Shown: positions 18,821 to 28,798 of the stretch, piece after piece
How positions within the stretch are numbered: position 1 is the first letter of the stretch
How the letters are laid out: the number at the start of each line of letters is the position of its first letter
NCBI GenBank assembly: GCA_020720405.1
Contig: DYOS01000001.1
Coordinates: forward strand, 31,002-95,001
DNA length: 64,000 nucleotides
From: Caldithrix sp.
GTDB lineage: Bacteria; Calditrichota; Calditrichia; Calditrichales; Calditrichaceae
Direction of reading: 5' to 3'
Notes under the pieces: generated by a model
The model's database searches: none
Seen by the model: the letters and a program-made list of their open reading frames with translations, nothing else
Told to the model about the DNA's origin: nothing
Translations under genes and position numbers: made by a program

Positions 18821-19270
18821 TTACAAATTATTATTATTTTCTGTAAGTATTATGATCTGTACCGATGCAGTTCCCTTGCGGATCATATCCAGCTCCTTCG
18901 CTGCTTGAAGAGATAGATCCAAAATGCGATCAGCCTTAAATGGACCCCGGTCATTTACCCGGACCCGGACTGATTTACCGTTCTCCAGATTTTTTACATC
19001 AATCCAGGTTCCAAAAGGCAGATCCCGGTGGGCAGCAGTTAATTTATTCATATCATAAATTTCACCACTTGCTGTTTTTCTACCATGGAATTTTTGGGCA
19101 TAGTACGAAGCCGTTCCTTCAATTACCTGGCCATCAGCTGTTTTGCCGGCCCTGGCATTTTTGGTTGGTGCGGAATTGACTTGGGAGTAATATACCGCCG
19201 GACTGCAGGAAGTACTTAGCAATAAAATACCAACCGCATAAAAGCCCAATATAATAAATTGGCGGATCAT
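18821..19270 (-). CDS. rlpA: Septal ring lytic transglycosylase RlpA-family lipoprotein (DPBB domain)
   Basis: The signal peptide ends in a lipobox (LLSTSC). GTASYYAQKFHGRKTASGEIYD...AAHRDLPFGTWIDVKNLENGKSVRVRVNDRGPF matches the RlpA family. Confidence 0.85.
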   Translation of the reverse strand: MIRQFIILGFYAVGILLLSTSCSPAVYYSQVNSAPTKNARAGKTADGQVIEGTASYYAQKFHGRKTASGEIYDMNKLTAAHRDLPFGTWIDVKNLENGKSVRVRVNDRGPFKADRILDLSLQAAKELDMIRKGTASVQIIILTENNNNL

Positions 19271-21342
19271 TCGGCTTCCCTGTCGATTTTTTCCAGGTTA
19301 CCTGGTTTTTCTAATTCGGAACCTGGTTTTTCTTTTGTTAAGTCTTCCGTCTCCAACTCATCCTCTGGTTGAAGATTATCATCAACATCTCCAGTATTCT
19401 CCTGCTCCTCCGTTGTAGTCTCATCCTGCTCAACCGGTTTGGAAATTTTTTGTCCGGCTAACCTGGCATAGTCTGAACCCGGGTATTCGGAAGCGAGCAG
19501 AGTATAAGATTCTACAGCTTTGTCAAGGTCTTTCAGATATTCATCATAGATATAAGCAACAGAGTATCGTGATTTTATTGCCCATACCGAACCTGAATCG
19601 GTCTCGGAAATATACTTAAACTGGCGAATGGCTTTTAAATAGTTCTTCTGATCAAGTTCTTTTTCGGCCAGAAGATAAAGCTCATGAGCTCTTTCTTTTG
19701 TATCTGACTTTTTGAGATACAAGGGATCCTTTAAATAATTTGAATAAACAGAATTGGGATATTTTTGAAAAAGGATATCTGCTAAAGAATCGGCTTTGGT
19801 ACTATCATTCAGCAAAGCATGACAGGTGTAATACAAAGAATAATGAGCTTTTGCCTGCAGCGCCGTATCCTGCGGATAAATGGCTATAAAACGCTTGAAG
19901 ACAGCAAAAGCACTGTCCCCGTTCTGCATCTGCAAAAGAAAATATTCACCCAGAGCATACCGGTTTTTAAATAAACTCTGTTCGACGGAAGCCGGATCAC
20001 GGGTGACTGCTTTTTTCTGCTCTTTTAATTTATTGCCTCTGTTCCCTTGTTCCGGCACATTCGCCTGTAACGTTTTTGCGGTATCCGGGTTCTTGGTTGA
20101 ATCAGAATTTTCGGTCGCCAGATTCTGAGAAACTTCATTTTCCGGCTCCTCAACGGACGGTTCAATAACCATTTCAAATAGGGTGGTCGTATCGGATTCA
20201 ACCGCAATACTGTCCACCAAAGTCGAATCGCCGTGCAGAAGACTGTTCAAATCTGCAACATCTTTGCGCAATTGGTCCCTGATCTTAAGATATTCATCGA
20301 GCAGCTTCTTCGTGGATTGAGCATCGTTTCTTTTTTCTGATCTGTTATCCAGTTTTTCGACCTGCCCAAAATAGAAAGCAGATGAGTCAAAATTCACTAA
20401 TTCATTTTGATAAATGGTGCCGATATCAAAGGCGGATAAAGCTGCCCCGGCAGTTCTGTTAAAATTTTTTATTACATCTTTATGTTGTTCCAGGCCAAAT
20501 TTATAGTCTCCCTCAAATGCTGGAAAACCGGCCAGTTTTGAGGCAATCAGCGAGTGTTGATCTTTAAACCGAAGGTCTGTTTTCATCTTCAGAAGCTGAA
20601 CCCGGGCTTCTTCCAAACGGCCAAGATTCATTAATGCGGAAATATGAATCATCAGTACTCTGTACTCGAGTACAGGATTGATTTCATAATTTTTTAGTAC
20701 TTTCAGAAAACTTGTTGCCTTTTCATACTGTTTTGACCGGAAAGAGGCTTCAGCCAACTGTAAAATAGCCTGACCCGCCAGCTGGCTTCCAGGCTTATTG
20801 CTCAGACTTAATTCCAAATATTTTATTGCTTCTTCATCTTGTCCACGAAGAAAATAGAGCTCACCTAAATTGTAATAAGCTTCAGCAGCGAATTTACCGA
20901 TTCCTGTATTTGTAATCAGCTTATTCAGCATTTCAATGGCTTCATCATCCTTTTTCCGCTGAATAAGAGTTTTAGCCATCCAAAGCTGAGCTTCGGTCTG
21001 TAAATCGCTCTGTGTGTACTTTTGAAGGAATTTATGGAAAATATCTTCTGCCCGGTCATACTCCTGCAGGTTATAATGAGATTTACCGATCAGAAATAAG
21101 GCATCATCAGAGTATTTATTACTATCGCTGTAAATATTGATCAATTTCCAGGATTTTGTAATGGCTGCATTATAAAATTTCTTTTCATCAGCACTTAATT
21201 CCTCATCGAAACTAATTCTGCGATTAGCTTTCTGACCAGATTCATAATTTTTCTCTGCATTGAAAAAAAGGTTGTAATAAGCGCAGGAGTTCAACTGAAC
21301 CAGTAATAACATGGCAGGTATGATAATTTTAAAATTTTTCAT
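19267..21342 (-). CDS. TPR-repeat lipoprotein with an acidic C-terminal tail
   Basis: The signal peptide plus lipobox reads LVQLNSC. Multiple 34-aa TPR-like repeats are present (..AxxxxGxxYxxxxxYxxA..). The C-terminus is rich in D, E and T. Confidence 0.7.
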   Translation of the reverse strand: MKNFKIIIPAMLLLVQLNSCAYYNLFFNAEKNYESGQKANRRISFDEELSADEKKFYNAAITKSWKLINIYSDSNKYSDDALFLIGKSHYNLQEYDRAEDIFHKFLQKYTQSDLQTEAQLWMAKTLIQRKKDDEAIEMLNKLITNTGIGKFAAEAYYNLGELYFLRGQDEEAIKYLELSLSNKPGSQLAGQAILQLAEASFRSKQYEKATSFLKVLKNYEINPVLEYRVLMIHISALMNLGRLEEARVQLLKMKTDLRFKDQHSLIASKLAGFPAFEGDYKFGLEQHKDVIKNFNRTAGAALSAFDIGTIYQNELVNFDSSAFYFGQVEKLDNRSEKRNDAQSTKKLLDEYLKIRDQLRKDVADLNSLLHGDSTLVDSIAVESDTTTLFEMVIEPSVEEPENEVSQNLATENSDSTKNPDTAKTLQANVPEQGNRGNKLKEQKKAVTRDPASVEQSLFKNRYALGEYFLLQMQNGDSAFAVFKRFIAIYPQDTALQAKAHYSLYYTCHALLNDSTKADSLADILFQKYPNSVYSNYLKDPLYLKKSDTKERAHELYLLAEKELDQKNYLKAIRQFKYISETDSGSVWAIKSRYSVAYIYDEYLKDLDKAVESYTLLASEYPGSDYARLAGQKISKPVEQDETTTEEQENTGDVDDNLQPEDELETEDLTKEKPGSELEKPGNLEKIDREAE

Positions 21343-22085
21343 TTTTCCCTGATTTTTTCAAATAGCACGGTGATCATCGGTAAAATTTTCCCGGACTTTC
21401 CTTCAATAAACTCATCGGCGTTGTCCGATAATGGTGTCCGTTCAACATTAATTTCAACAAGGTAGGCACCATTGGCCTTTGCGATATATGGAAGCGAGGC
21501 CGCTGGTTCAACCAATGAAGAAGTGCCGATAGAAAAAAACACCTCACAGGTTGCGGAGGCCTCCTGAGCCTGGTACAGAATGGTGCTGTTCAAATTTTCA
21601 TTAAATAATACCACATCCGGCCGGATCAAACCATTACACTTTGGGCAATACGGAATTTTATCGAAAGCCAGAACTTTCCCATCGGCTTCCGGTAGATAGC
21701 CGCATTCTGAACATCGGGAACGCATGATATTTCCATGCAGTTCCAGAACATCTGTACTTCCTGCTTTCTGATGCAGCCCATCCACATTCTGGGTTATAAC
21801 CGTAACCTGACTGATCAATCTTTCAAAATCGACCAGGGCATAATGCCCGAGATTCGGTTCGATATCCGTTACTAACCTGCGACGCCAATTGTAAAATTCC
21901 CAGAAGACATCCGTATTGGTTTTTAATGCCAGCGGAGTGGCCAATTGCATAACATCATGGTTATTCCATAGCCCGTCTTTTCCTCTGAAAGTAGGTACAC
22001 CGCTTTCCGCAGAAATTCCGGCTCCGGTCAGAAAGGTGATATGCGTTGCATGATACAGTCGTTTGAACAGTTTCTCGGAAAACAT
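21339..22085 (-). CDS. cobB: NAD-dependent protein deacylase (Sir2/CobB family)
   Basis: GAGISAESGVPTFRG, TQNVDGLH and a Zn ribbon (CSECG...CPKCNG) support the call. I set the start at M34 (ATG 22085) because the longer ORF would overlap tnaA by about 100 nt. Confidence 0.85.
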   Translation of the reverse strand: MFSEKLFKRLYHATHITFLTGAGISAESGVPTFRGKDGLWNNHDVMQLATPLALKTNTDVFWEFYNWRRRLVTDIEPNLGHYALVDFERLISQVTVITQNVDGLHQKAGSTDVLELHGNIMRSRCSECGYLPEADGKVLAFDKIPYCPKCNGLIRPDVVLFNENLNSTILYQAQEASATCEVFFSIGTSSLVEPAASLPYIAKANGAYLVEINVERTPLSDNADEFIEGKSGKILPMITVLFEKIREK

Positions 22086-22086
22086 A

Positions 22087-23466
22087 TTAATTTGCTTTTG
22101 GTTTGAGCCGGGCCGTGAAATGTCTGAGCATTTGTGCCTGATATACGATTTCCAATCCGCGCAAGGCTGATCTGTTTCTGGCAATTTCTATGATCGCTTC
22201 GGCCACATACTGCATGTGCATACTTGTATAAACCCTTCTTGGAATAGCCAGACGCACCAGTTCCAGTTCAGGAAATCGTTCCTTGCCGGTTTGGGGATCG
22301 AGACCACCAAACATCAAAGTTCCTATCTCAACCGCCCGGATACCAGCCTGTTTGTATAATTCAATAACCAGGGACTGACCGGGAAATTCAGCTTGAGGAA
22401 TGTGCGGTAAAAGACTTCGGGCATCAATGTAAACCGCGTGGCCGCCGACCGGTTGAATAATAGGAATATCTTCCCGAATCAGCATTTCACCAAGGTATCT
22501 GGTTTGATTAATTCTGAAGCGCAGATAATTTTCATCCAATACTTCCTGCAGGCCGCGGGCAATAGCTTCAAGATCACGGCCGGCCAGACCTCCATAAGTG
22601 GGAAAGCCTTCAATCAGTATAAGCATATTGGTTATTTTTTCAGCAAGTTTGGCGTTGTTCAATGCTAAAAATCCACCGATATTTACCAATCCATCCTTCT
22701 TGGCACTCATCGTACAACCATCTGCGTGGCTAAACATTTCCCGGACGATCTCTTTAATGGATTTATCCTCGTAGCCATCTTCCCTTTCTTTGATGAAAAA
22801 AGCATTTTCTGCAAAGCGGCAGGCATCAAAAATAAGGGGAATATTATATTTTTGGGCAACAGCTTTTACTTCCCGGATATTTTGCATGGAGACCGGTTGA
22901 CCGCCGCCGCTGTTATTTGTTACCGTAATCATAATCAGCGGAAGACGCGGGGCACCGTATTTGGCAATGACAGCTTCCAGCTTCTCTATATCCATATTGC
23001 CTTTGAAAGGATGGGGTTCCGAAGGAATTCTGGCCTGATCGATAACACAATCCAGAGCAACAGCCTGATGATATTCCACATTCGCCCGGGTTGTATCAAA
23101 ATGAATATTATTGGGCACAACATCACCCTGCTTCAATAGATTTGAGAAGAGCAGATTTTCAGCAACCCGTCCCTGATGGGTTGGTATGATATGTTCAAAA
23201 CCAAAAATGTCCCTTATTGTCTGATCAAAGTGATAGTAATTCTTTGATCCGGCATAGGATTCATCACCGAGCATTATTCCCGCCCATTGATTATCGCTCA
23301 TCGCTGAGGTACCGGAATCGGTGAGCAGGTCTATATAAATGCTCTCTGCCGGGAGTAGAAAAATATTGTAGCCGGCTTTCCTGATCAGCTCATCCCGTTC
23401 TTCGGATGAGGTTATTTTAATCGGTTCGACAACTTTAATTCTGAATGGTTCAGCTGGAAATTTCAT
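22087..23466 (-). CDS. tnaA: Tryptophanase (beta-eliminating lyase family); tyrosine phenol-lyase not fully excluded
   Basis: PAEPFRIKVVEP, DLLTDSGTSAMSDNQWAG, HFDTTRANV, the PLP-lysine block MSAKKDGLVNIGG and LLPHIPQAEFPGQSL..ELYKQAGIRAVEIG are all present. These blocks are closer to E. coli TnaA than to Citrobacter TPL. Confidence 0.8.
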   Translation of the reverse strand: MKFPAEPFRIKVVEPIKITSSEERDELIRKAGYNIFLLPAESIYIDLLTDSGTSAMSDNQWAGIMLGDESYAGSKNYYHFDQTIRDIFGFEHIIPTHQGRVAENLLFSNLLKQGDVVPNNIHFDTTRANVEYHQAVALDCVIDQARIPSEPHPFKGNMDIEKLEAVIAKYGAPRLPLIMITVTNNSGGGQPVSMQNIREVKAVAQKYNIPLIFDACRFAENAFFIKEREDGYEDKSIKEIVREMFSHADGCTMSAKKDGLVNIGGFLALNNAKLAEKITNMLILIEGFPTYGGLAGRDLEAIARGLQEVLDENYLRFRINQTRYLGEMLIREDIPIIQPVGGHAVYIDARSLLPHIPQAEFPGQSLVIELYKQAGIRAVEIGTLMFGGLDPQTGKERFPELELVRLAIPRRVYTSMHMQYVAEAIIEIARNRSALRGLEIVYQAQMLRHFTARLKPKAN

Positions 23467-23474
23467 TTAAAGCT

Positions 23475-24404
23475 CTACATATAAAGGTATTGCATTAAAG
23501 GCATGGTCAGGCTGATAATAAAAAGCATGACCACACTGAATATCAAAAGTCGGTTTAGGTGTAAATTTAATTTGACCGGATAATAGGGATTGTCAAATCT
23601 CAATCTGTACTTCAGGCAATAGGTAAAATTATCTAAACTTATCATTGAAATAATGACAAGTATTACTACAATATGGCCGACAAAGCCAATATTAACTGAA
23701 AATAACCACGGCCAATTTGGGATTAGTTGGAAAAAAAAAGTAACCTGGCTAAACAGATTTATAAGGGTTAGAGTGATGAAGCTGCGGAAGAACAGGTTCT
23801 TCGGCCGGAGCCATTTTTCATCCAGATGCTGTCTTTGCAGATAATAAAAAACGAATGCTATCATCGCGGTCAAAGCGCTTAGTAGAAAGATGGCAGGTTT
23901 ATAAAGTGATGAGTGCATCAGATTTCTAAAAAAGCTGTTCAGATCCGGCAGATTTATAACATGAAATTGATTAACTGAGATAAAAATGTAGCTCACCGAA
24001 AAGAAAATGGACAAAGCTAACATTTGTATGGAAAGCTGTTTCAACCAATCCTGAATATAATGCACCCGGTTGTTTCCAGCCATCTTCCCGATAAAAAAAC
24101 TTCTGAAATACAGGTTACCTGCACCAATTGTTGCCGCCAGCAGCATGACCTGAAAAAGCAGAGTGCATTTTCCAGAATCCACAGTCTGTGAAAGTCCGCT
24201 CTGCGGAAATAAAAAAAGCAGGCTAATTAAAGCAATCATCACCCCGCTCAATAGAAAGCGTACTGTTTTAATTTGGACTTCCGGTAAATTTATAACCACA
24301 ATTTCCCGGTCAAGCTGATTTATTTTTAATCCGATGCTGATGGCAATCAGAATGAGCAGCAGAGCAAAAACAAGTAAGAAGATTAAAATATAATCCGTGT
24401 ACAT
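23475..24404 (-). CDS. Hypothetical polytopic membrane protein (about 8 TM segments)
   Basis: The 309-aa ORF is strongly hydrophobic and shows coding-like periodicity. It is packed tightly between argD-like and tnaA. I recognised no family motif. Confidence 0.55.
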   Translation of the reverse strand: MYTDYILIFLLVFALLLILIAISIGLKINQLDREIVVINLPEVQIKTVRFLLSGVMIALISLLFLFPQSGLSQTVDSGKCTLLFQVMLLAATIGAGNLYFRSFFIGKMAGNNRVHYIQDWLKQLSIQMLALSIFFSVSYIFISVNQFHVINLPDLNSFFRNLMHSSLYKPAIFLLSALTAMIAFVFYYLQRQHLDEKWLRPKNLFFRSFITLTLINLFSQVTFFFQLIPNWPWLFSVNIGFVGHIVVILVIISMISLDNFTYCLKYRLRFDNPYYPVKLNLHLNRLLIFSVVMLFIISLTMPLMQYLYM

Positions 24405-24414
24405 TCAGTATAAT

Positions 24415-25608
24415 TTAGTTGATTTCACTCAGGACAGAATCCAGAATCTGAATGGCTTCTTTGATCTGACTCTGATTGATAATTAAAGGTGGTACAAATC
24501 GCAGGGTTCGGTCTCCGGCGATATTAAAGATCAATCCTTTTAATATTGACAAATTCAAAGCCGTCTGGGCGAAATCAGGATTGAGCATTTCCATGCCGAG
24601 CATCAGCCCCCTACCCCGTATCTCGGTCACCAGACCCGGATACTTATCCTTCAGTTCAAGAAGATGAGATTTAAAAAATGCGCCATTTTCAACGATCTGC
24701 TGCAAAAAGACTGATTTCGATATCTCGTTAATGGTGGCCAATCCCGCTGCACAGGCTAAAGGATTACCGCCGTAGGTGGTACCATGTTCGCCCATATCAA
24801 ATACATTTTCTAAACCAGGGCTGACCAAAAAGGCACCCAGAGGCAGACCGCCGCCCATAGCTTTGGCGGAAGCAACGGCATCCGGAGTGAAGTCATCATG
24901 GTATTCGTAATAATAAAATTTTCCGGTTCTGCCGACTCCGCTTTGTATTTCATCGGCAATCACCAGGCAGCCATACTTTTCACGGACTTCACGGAATGCC
25001 TTCATCATTTCATCGGAAACCGGGCGGATTCCGCCTTCGCCGGTTATCCCCTCATAGAAGATTGCCGCTGTATTTTCATTAACTGCATTCGTAAATGCCG
25101 ATACATCATTAAACGGAACCATTTGAGTATTGGGGATAAGAGGATTAAAGTTTTTCTGATATTTGGGCTGCATGGTTATCGAAAGCGCCCCCAATGAACG
25201 GCCATGAAAACTACCCTCGAAGGCAATAATCTCATTCTTACCCCGGCTTTGGCCCCATTTTTTTACCAGCTTAAGTAATCCCTCAATTGCTTCCGTACCG
25301 CTGTTTGTAAAAAATATTTTAGAGAATGGTGTCAGCCCGATTAGTTTTTCAGCCAGATCAAGCTGAACATCCTGAACAAAATAATTACTAAGATGTAAAT
25401 TCCGGTTCAATTGGCGCAGAATGGCTTCATTAACCGCCGGATGATTATAGCCGAGGGCGTTAACCGCAATACCTGCTAAAAGATCAAGATAAGCTTTGCC
25501 GTTTCTATCAATAAGGTACACACCCTGCCCGTGGTCAACCTCAATTTTAAAACGTTTGAACACATGCAGAATTACCTGATCGGCCCGTTCATTTAACTTC
25601 ATAATCAA
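24415..25608 (-). CDS. argD: Class-III aminotransferase, acetylornithine aminotransferase-like
   Basis: GIAVNALGYNHP, SGTEAIEGLLKL, ADEIQSGVGRTGKF and TYGGNPLACAA are typical ArgD-type PLP aminotransferase blocks. Confidence 0.8.
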   Translation of the reverse strand: MIMKLNERADQVILHVFKRFKIEVDHGQGVYLIDRNGKAYLDLLAGIAVNALGYNHPAVNEAILRQLNRNLHLSNYFVQDVQLDLAEKLIGLTPFSKIFFTNSGTEAIEGLLKLVKKWGQSRGKNEIIAFEGSFHGRSLGALSITMQPKYQKNFNPLIPNTQMVPFNDVSAFTNAVNENTAAIFYEGITGEGGIRPVSDEMMKAFREVREKYGCLVIADEIQSGVGRTGKFYYYEYHDDFTPDAVASAKAMGGGLPLGAFLVSPGLENVFDMGEHGTTYGGNPLACAAGLATINEISKSVFLQQIVENGAFFKSHLLELKDKYPGLVTEIRGRGLMLGMEMLNPDFAQTALNLSILKGLIFNIAGDRTLRFVPPLIINQSQIKEAIQILDSVLSEIN

Positions 25609-26279
25609 CCGTTGATTTGAGTGAGATGAAATTTTGCGTTATTAATCTGCTGAGATTTTGGAAATTCTTCGACCAGCCTGGCAAAAGCAGTTTTCGCTTT
25701 CTCCATTTTACCGGCCTGCTTAAAATTTAATCCGGATAGATACAGGTAGTTTGCGGCTTCACTGTTTTCTTTATTCAGATCGCAGGCTTTTTCGTAAAAC
25801 TCGGCAGCATCTTCATACTCTTTGCTAATTTCGGCACAGGCCGCCAACCCGGCATAACCAGAGGCTTTCAGTATTCCGCTTTTTGAATAATGGTCAACAA
25901 ATGCCTTAAAAAGTTCTTTGGCTTCGGGGTATTTTTTCTGCTGGAAATAAATATTGGCTAACAGAAATTGACCTTCACGGCCGGATTCGGTGCCTGGGTA
26001 TTCTTCGGATAATTGCTTTAAGAAAGCTTCGGCTTTTATATAGTTTAGATTCTGATACTCCGTCTGAGCTTTGCCCAGCAGCGTATCCGCGGCAGCGGAC
26101 TTATTCCTGAAATTTATAAAGAACAGAACTGCGATCACCGCTATGACGATGAGGCCACCTAAACCGTACAGAATAATCTTGTCATTCTTTTCAACATAAG
26201 ATCTTGAATTAACCATAAACTCGACGAATTTATCCTGTTTAATTTCTTTGCGGGTTAGTTTCTTTTTTGGTCTGAGCAT
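25605..26279 (-). CDS. Membrane-anchored TPR protein (YfgM-like architecture)
   Basis: The protein has a basic N-terminus, a single TM segment (GGLIVIAVIAVLFFI) and then TPR repeats. Confidence 0.6.
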   Translation of the reverse strand: MLRPKKKLTRKEIKQDKFVEFMVNSRSYVEKNDKIILYGLGGLIVIAVIAVLFFINFRNKSAAADTLLGKAQTEYQNLNYIKAEAFLKQLSEEYPGTESGREGQFLLANIYFQQKKYPEAKELFKAFVDHYSKSGILKASGYAGLAACAEISKEYEDAAEFYEKACDLNKENSEAANYLYLSGLNFKQAGKMEKAKTAFARLVEEFPKSQQINNAKFHLTQING

Positions 26280-26310
26280 TCTATTTTCCTTTCATCAACC
26301 TTGTTATTTG

Positions 26311-26384
26311 TACCCCTGGAGAGATTCGAACTCCCGACACATGGCTTAGGAAGCCACTGCTCTATCCTGCTGAGCTACAGGGGC
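26311..26384 (-). tRNA. tRNA-Arg (anticodon CCU)
   Basis: The - strand reads GCCCCTG-TA-GCTC-AGCAGGATA-GAGC-A-GTGGC-TT-CCT-AA-GCCAT-GTGTC-GGGAG-TTCGAAT-CTCTC-CAGGGGT-A. The cloverleaf closes with a G1-U72 wobble pair. Confidence 0.85.
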
Positions 26385-26440
26385 GTTTTTAGCGTCAAAA
26401 TTTACATGCTTCGTGTTAGTAAGACAAATTAAACTCTGTC

Positions 26441-26965
26441 TCATAAAGATATAAGCGAGACGCATGGAATACTGCCGACTTTACTGCGACCACCAAGAAA
26501 ACTTAATTCAACGAGGAACAAAATTCCGGCTATCTCTGCACCGGCCTGGCGCACCAAATCAACTGCAGCGGAGATTGTTCCTCCGGTAGCCAGTACATCA
26601 TCAACCAGCAAAACACGGTCTTCTTTTCCAACGGCATCAATGTGCATTTCAATACCATCGGTTCCATATTCCAATAGATATTCTGCCCGATAAGTTTTAT
26701 AGGGCAATTTTCCCGGCTTGCGGATCGGCACAAAGCCCAACCCGAGCCGGTCAGCTAAAATACTGCCAAAGATAAATCCCCTCGATTCAATGGCTGCAAT
26801 CCGGGTTGGATTCAAGACACCGGCTTTTGCGGCCAGCTCATCCATGGTTTCCCTGAAAAGTTCAGGATTATTCAGAACAGGTGTAATATCCTTGAACTGA
26901 ATGCCGGGTTTTGGAAAATCAGGTATATTGCGCAGGTGCTTTAACAACTTTTCCTGAATAGTCAT
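26441..26965 (-). CDS. apt: Adenine phosphoribosyltransferase
   Basis: DFPKPGIQFKDITP and the PRPP motif VLLVDDVLATGGT support the call. The length is 174 aa. Confidence 0.92.
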   Translation of the reverse strand: MTIQEKLLKHLRNIPDFPKPGIQFKDITPVLNNPELFRETMDELAAKAGVLNPTRIAAIESRGFIFGSILADRLGLGFVPIRKPGKLPYKTYRAEYLLEYGTDGIEMHIDAVGKEDRVLLVDDVLATGGTISAAVDLVRQAGAEIAGILFLVELSFLGGRSKVGSIPCVSLISL

Positions 26966-26977
26966 TGGTTAACCTTT

Positions 26978-27253
26978 TTAATGTAAAATTTTGAAACTTT
27001 GAAATTTACCGGAAAATGGATAATTGCTTACCACCAGATCTGTTACCAATGCCTGAGCCGGACCGCGCCTTACCACAGCGAGAAATTCCATGAGCCGGCT
27101 TTGCTCACCTTCAGCAAAAATTTCAACATCACCATTGGGCATGTTCTCAACGCTGCCCATAATTTCATTTTGCCGGGCGGTTTGCTGAACAAACCAGCGG
27201 AAACCAACACCCTGAACCCGGCCGGTGACCACTATCTGTAAACCCGTTTTCAT
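26978..27253 (-). CDS. acyP: Acylphosphatase
   Basis: VTGRVQGVGFRWFVQQTA is the acylphosphatase signature. The length is 91 aa. Confidence 0.88.
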   Translation of the reverse strand: MKTGLQIVVTGRVQGVGFRWFVQQTARQNEIMGSVENMPNGDVEIFAEGEQSRLMEFLAVVRRGPAQALVTDLVVSNYPFSGKFQSFKILH

Positions 27254-27298
27254 TTTTATCCAGTTTTAAATAATCGGATCATGACTGTTTTATTCAGC

Positions 27299-28594
27299 CT
27301 AAGGATAAATGCGCTGCATCAGCCGCGGGAACGGGATCGCCTCCCGCAAATGCTTGATTCCGCAGATCCAGGTTACGGTTCGCTCAATGCCAAGACCAAA
27401 TCCGGCATGGGGCACACTTCCGTATCGGCGCAGATCAAGGTACCATTGAAAATTTTCGACCGGTAAACCATGGTCACGAATGCGTCCGATCAGCAACTCG
27501 TAATCATCTTCACGCTGCGATCCGCCGATAATTTCCCCATATCCTTCAGGAGCAAGCATATCCATGGCCAGGGCATATTCCGGCTCCTGCGGATCGCGCT
27601 TCATATAAAAAGCTTTGACCGCCGCCGGATAATGGTGCACAATGACCGGTCGGTCAAATTTTTCCGAGATAATAGTTTCATCCGGTGCGCCGAAATCATC
27701 ACCGTCGATAAAGGCCGGGTTTTCTTTTTTTATCATCGCTACTGCTTCCCGGTAATGAATCTTCGGGAAAGGCGCCTTTATATTCTCCAGTTTGGAGATG
27801 TCTCTTTCCAATACTTTCAGCTCCGGCAGCCGGTTTTTTAAAACACTCTGCACGAGATGGGCGACGAATTCTTCAGCCAGCTGCATATCATCCTGCAGGT
27901 TAAAATAGGCCACTTCCGGTTCGATCATCCAGAATTCGGTAAGATGGCGCCGGGTTTTAGATTTCTCGGCCCGGAAGGTGGGACCGAAACAATAAATTCG
28001 GCCAAAAGCCATGGCCGCCGCCTCACCATACAGCTGACCGCTTTGCGTCAGATAGGCTTTCCCGTCGAAATAATCGGTCTCAAATAAAGTTGATGTGCCT
28101 TCGGCAGCATTTGGCGTAAAAATGGGTGAATCGACCAGGATAAAATCCCGCTGATCAAAAAACTCACGGGCAGCGCGAATTACCTCGTGGCGGATGCGTA
28201 AAATGGCATGCTGCTGACTGGAACGCAGCCAAAGATGCCGGTTATCCATCAGAAAATCCACACCATGCTCTTTTTTGGAGATTGGGTATTCTTCAGCTAT
28301 CTGAACAATACTCAGATTGGAAACCTGAATTTCATAACCAAGCGGTGAGCGTTCATCACGGCTGACCCGGCCGGTAACTTCTATGGAACTTTCCTGGGTT
28401 AATAAATCACAATTTTCGAAAACTTCAGCCGGGATATCATTTTTGGAGACGATACATTGTATCGTGGCTGAGCCGTCACGAACCAGCAGAAAGCGCAGTT
28501 TGCCGGATGATCTTTTATTATACAGCCAGCCTTTTATCGTAACTTCCTGCTCAATAAATTCGCCGATATTCTGAATGCGGACAAATGGAGTCAT
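27299..28594 (-). CDS. asnS: Asparagine--tRNA ligase
   Basis: This is a class IIb synthetase with an N-terminal OB fold. Motif 2 reads [21 protein letters not shown], which is AsnRS-type rather than AspRS-type. Motif 3 is [10 protein letters not shown]. The length is 431 aa. Confidence 0.9.
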   Translation of the reverse strand: MTPFVRIQNIGEFIEQEVTIKGWLYNKRSSGKLRFLLVRDGSATIQCIVSKNDIPAEVFENCDLLTQESSIEVTGRVSRDERSPLGYEIQVSNLSIVQIAEEYPISKKEHGVDFLMDNRHLWLRSSQQHAILRIRHEVIRAAREFFDQRDFILVDSPIFTPNAAEGTSTLFETDYFDGKAYLTQSGQLYGEAAAMAFGRIYCFGPTFRAEKSKTRRHLTEFWMIEPEVAYFNLQDDMQLAEEFVAHLVQSVLKNRLPELKVLERDISKLENIKAPFPKIHYREAVAMIKKENPAFIDGDDFGAPDETIISEKFDRPVIVHHYPAAVKAFYMKRDPQEPEYALAMDMLAPEGYGEIIGGSQREDDYELLIGRIRDHGLPVENFQWYLDLRRYGSVPHAGFGLGIERTVTWICGIKHLREAIPFPRLMQRIYP

Positions 28595-28798
28595 AATTCT
28601 ACCTTTACAGATTCAATAAAGCGTGGAATTTAATTTTGAGAGCTATCTTGTGCAAGCTATATAAATAAATGGTTTGCAAGCACTTAACACCATAAAATTC
28701 AATCTGTAATGCGGATGATTTTGGAAAATTATAGCCTTTCAGTTATTTTTGGTTTTCAGAATACAAGCAACGCTTCACATTTGCATGAGGAGATCAAC

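Noticed and set aside
21339-22085. The Sir2-domain protein might be an anti-phage effector of the Thoeris, DSR or HerA-Sir2 type.
   Set aside because: It is a short, canonical CobB-type sirtuin with an intact Zn ribbon and NAD motifs. It has no extra sensor or effector domains and is embedded in a housekeeping operon. The HerA-like gene is 6.7 kb away on the other strand.
22086-22184. The ORF track gives the Sir2/CobB ORF a 33-codon N-terminal extension that overlaps tnaA.
   Set aside because: The extension has no homology to sirtuin N-termini and would overlap the tnaA 3' end by about 100 nt. The internal ATG at 22085 starts one nt after the tnaA stop. Similar over-long starts were trimmed for plsY, the DUF853 gene, ligA, the acyl-CoA ligase gene, mltG, the GH2-like gene and lipoprotein paralog B.
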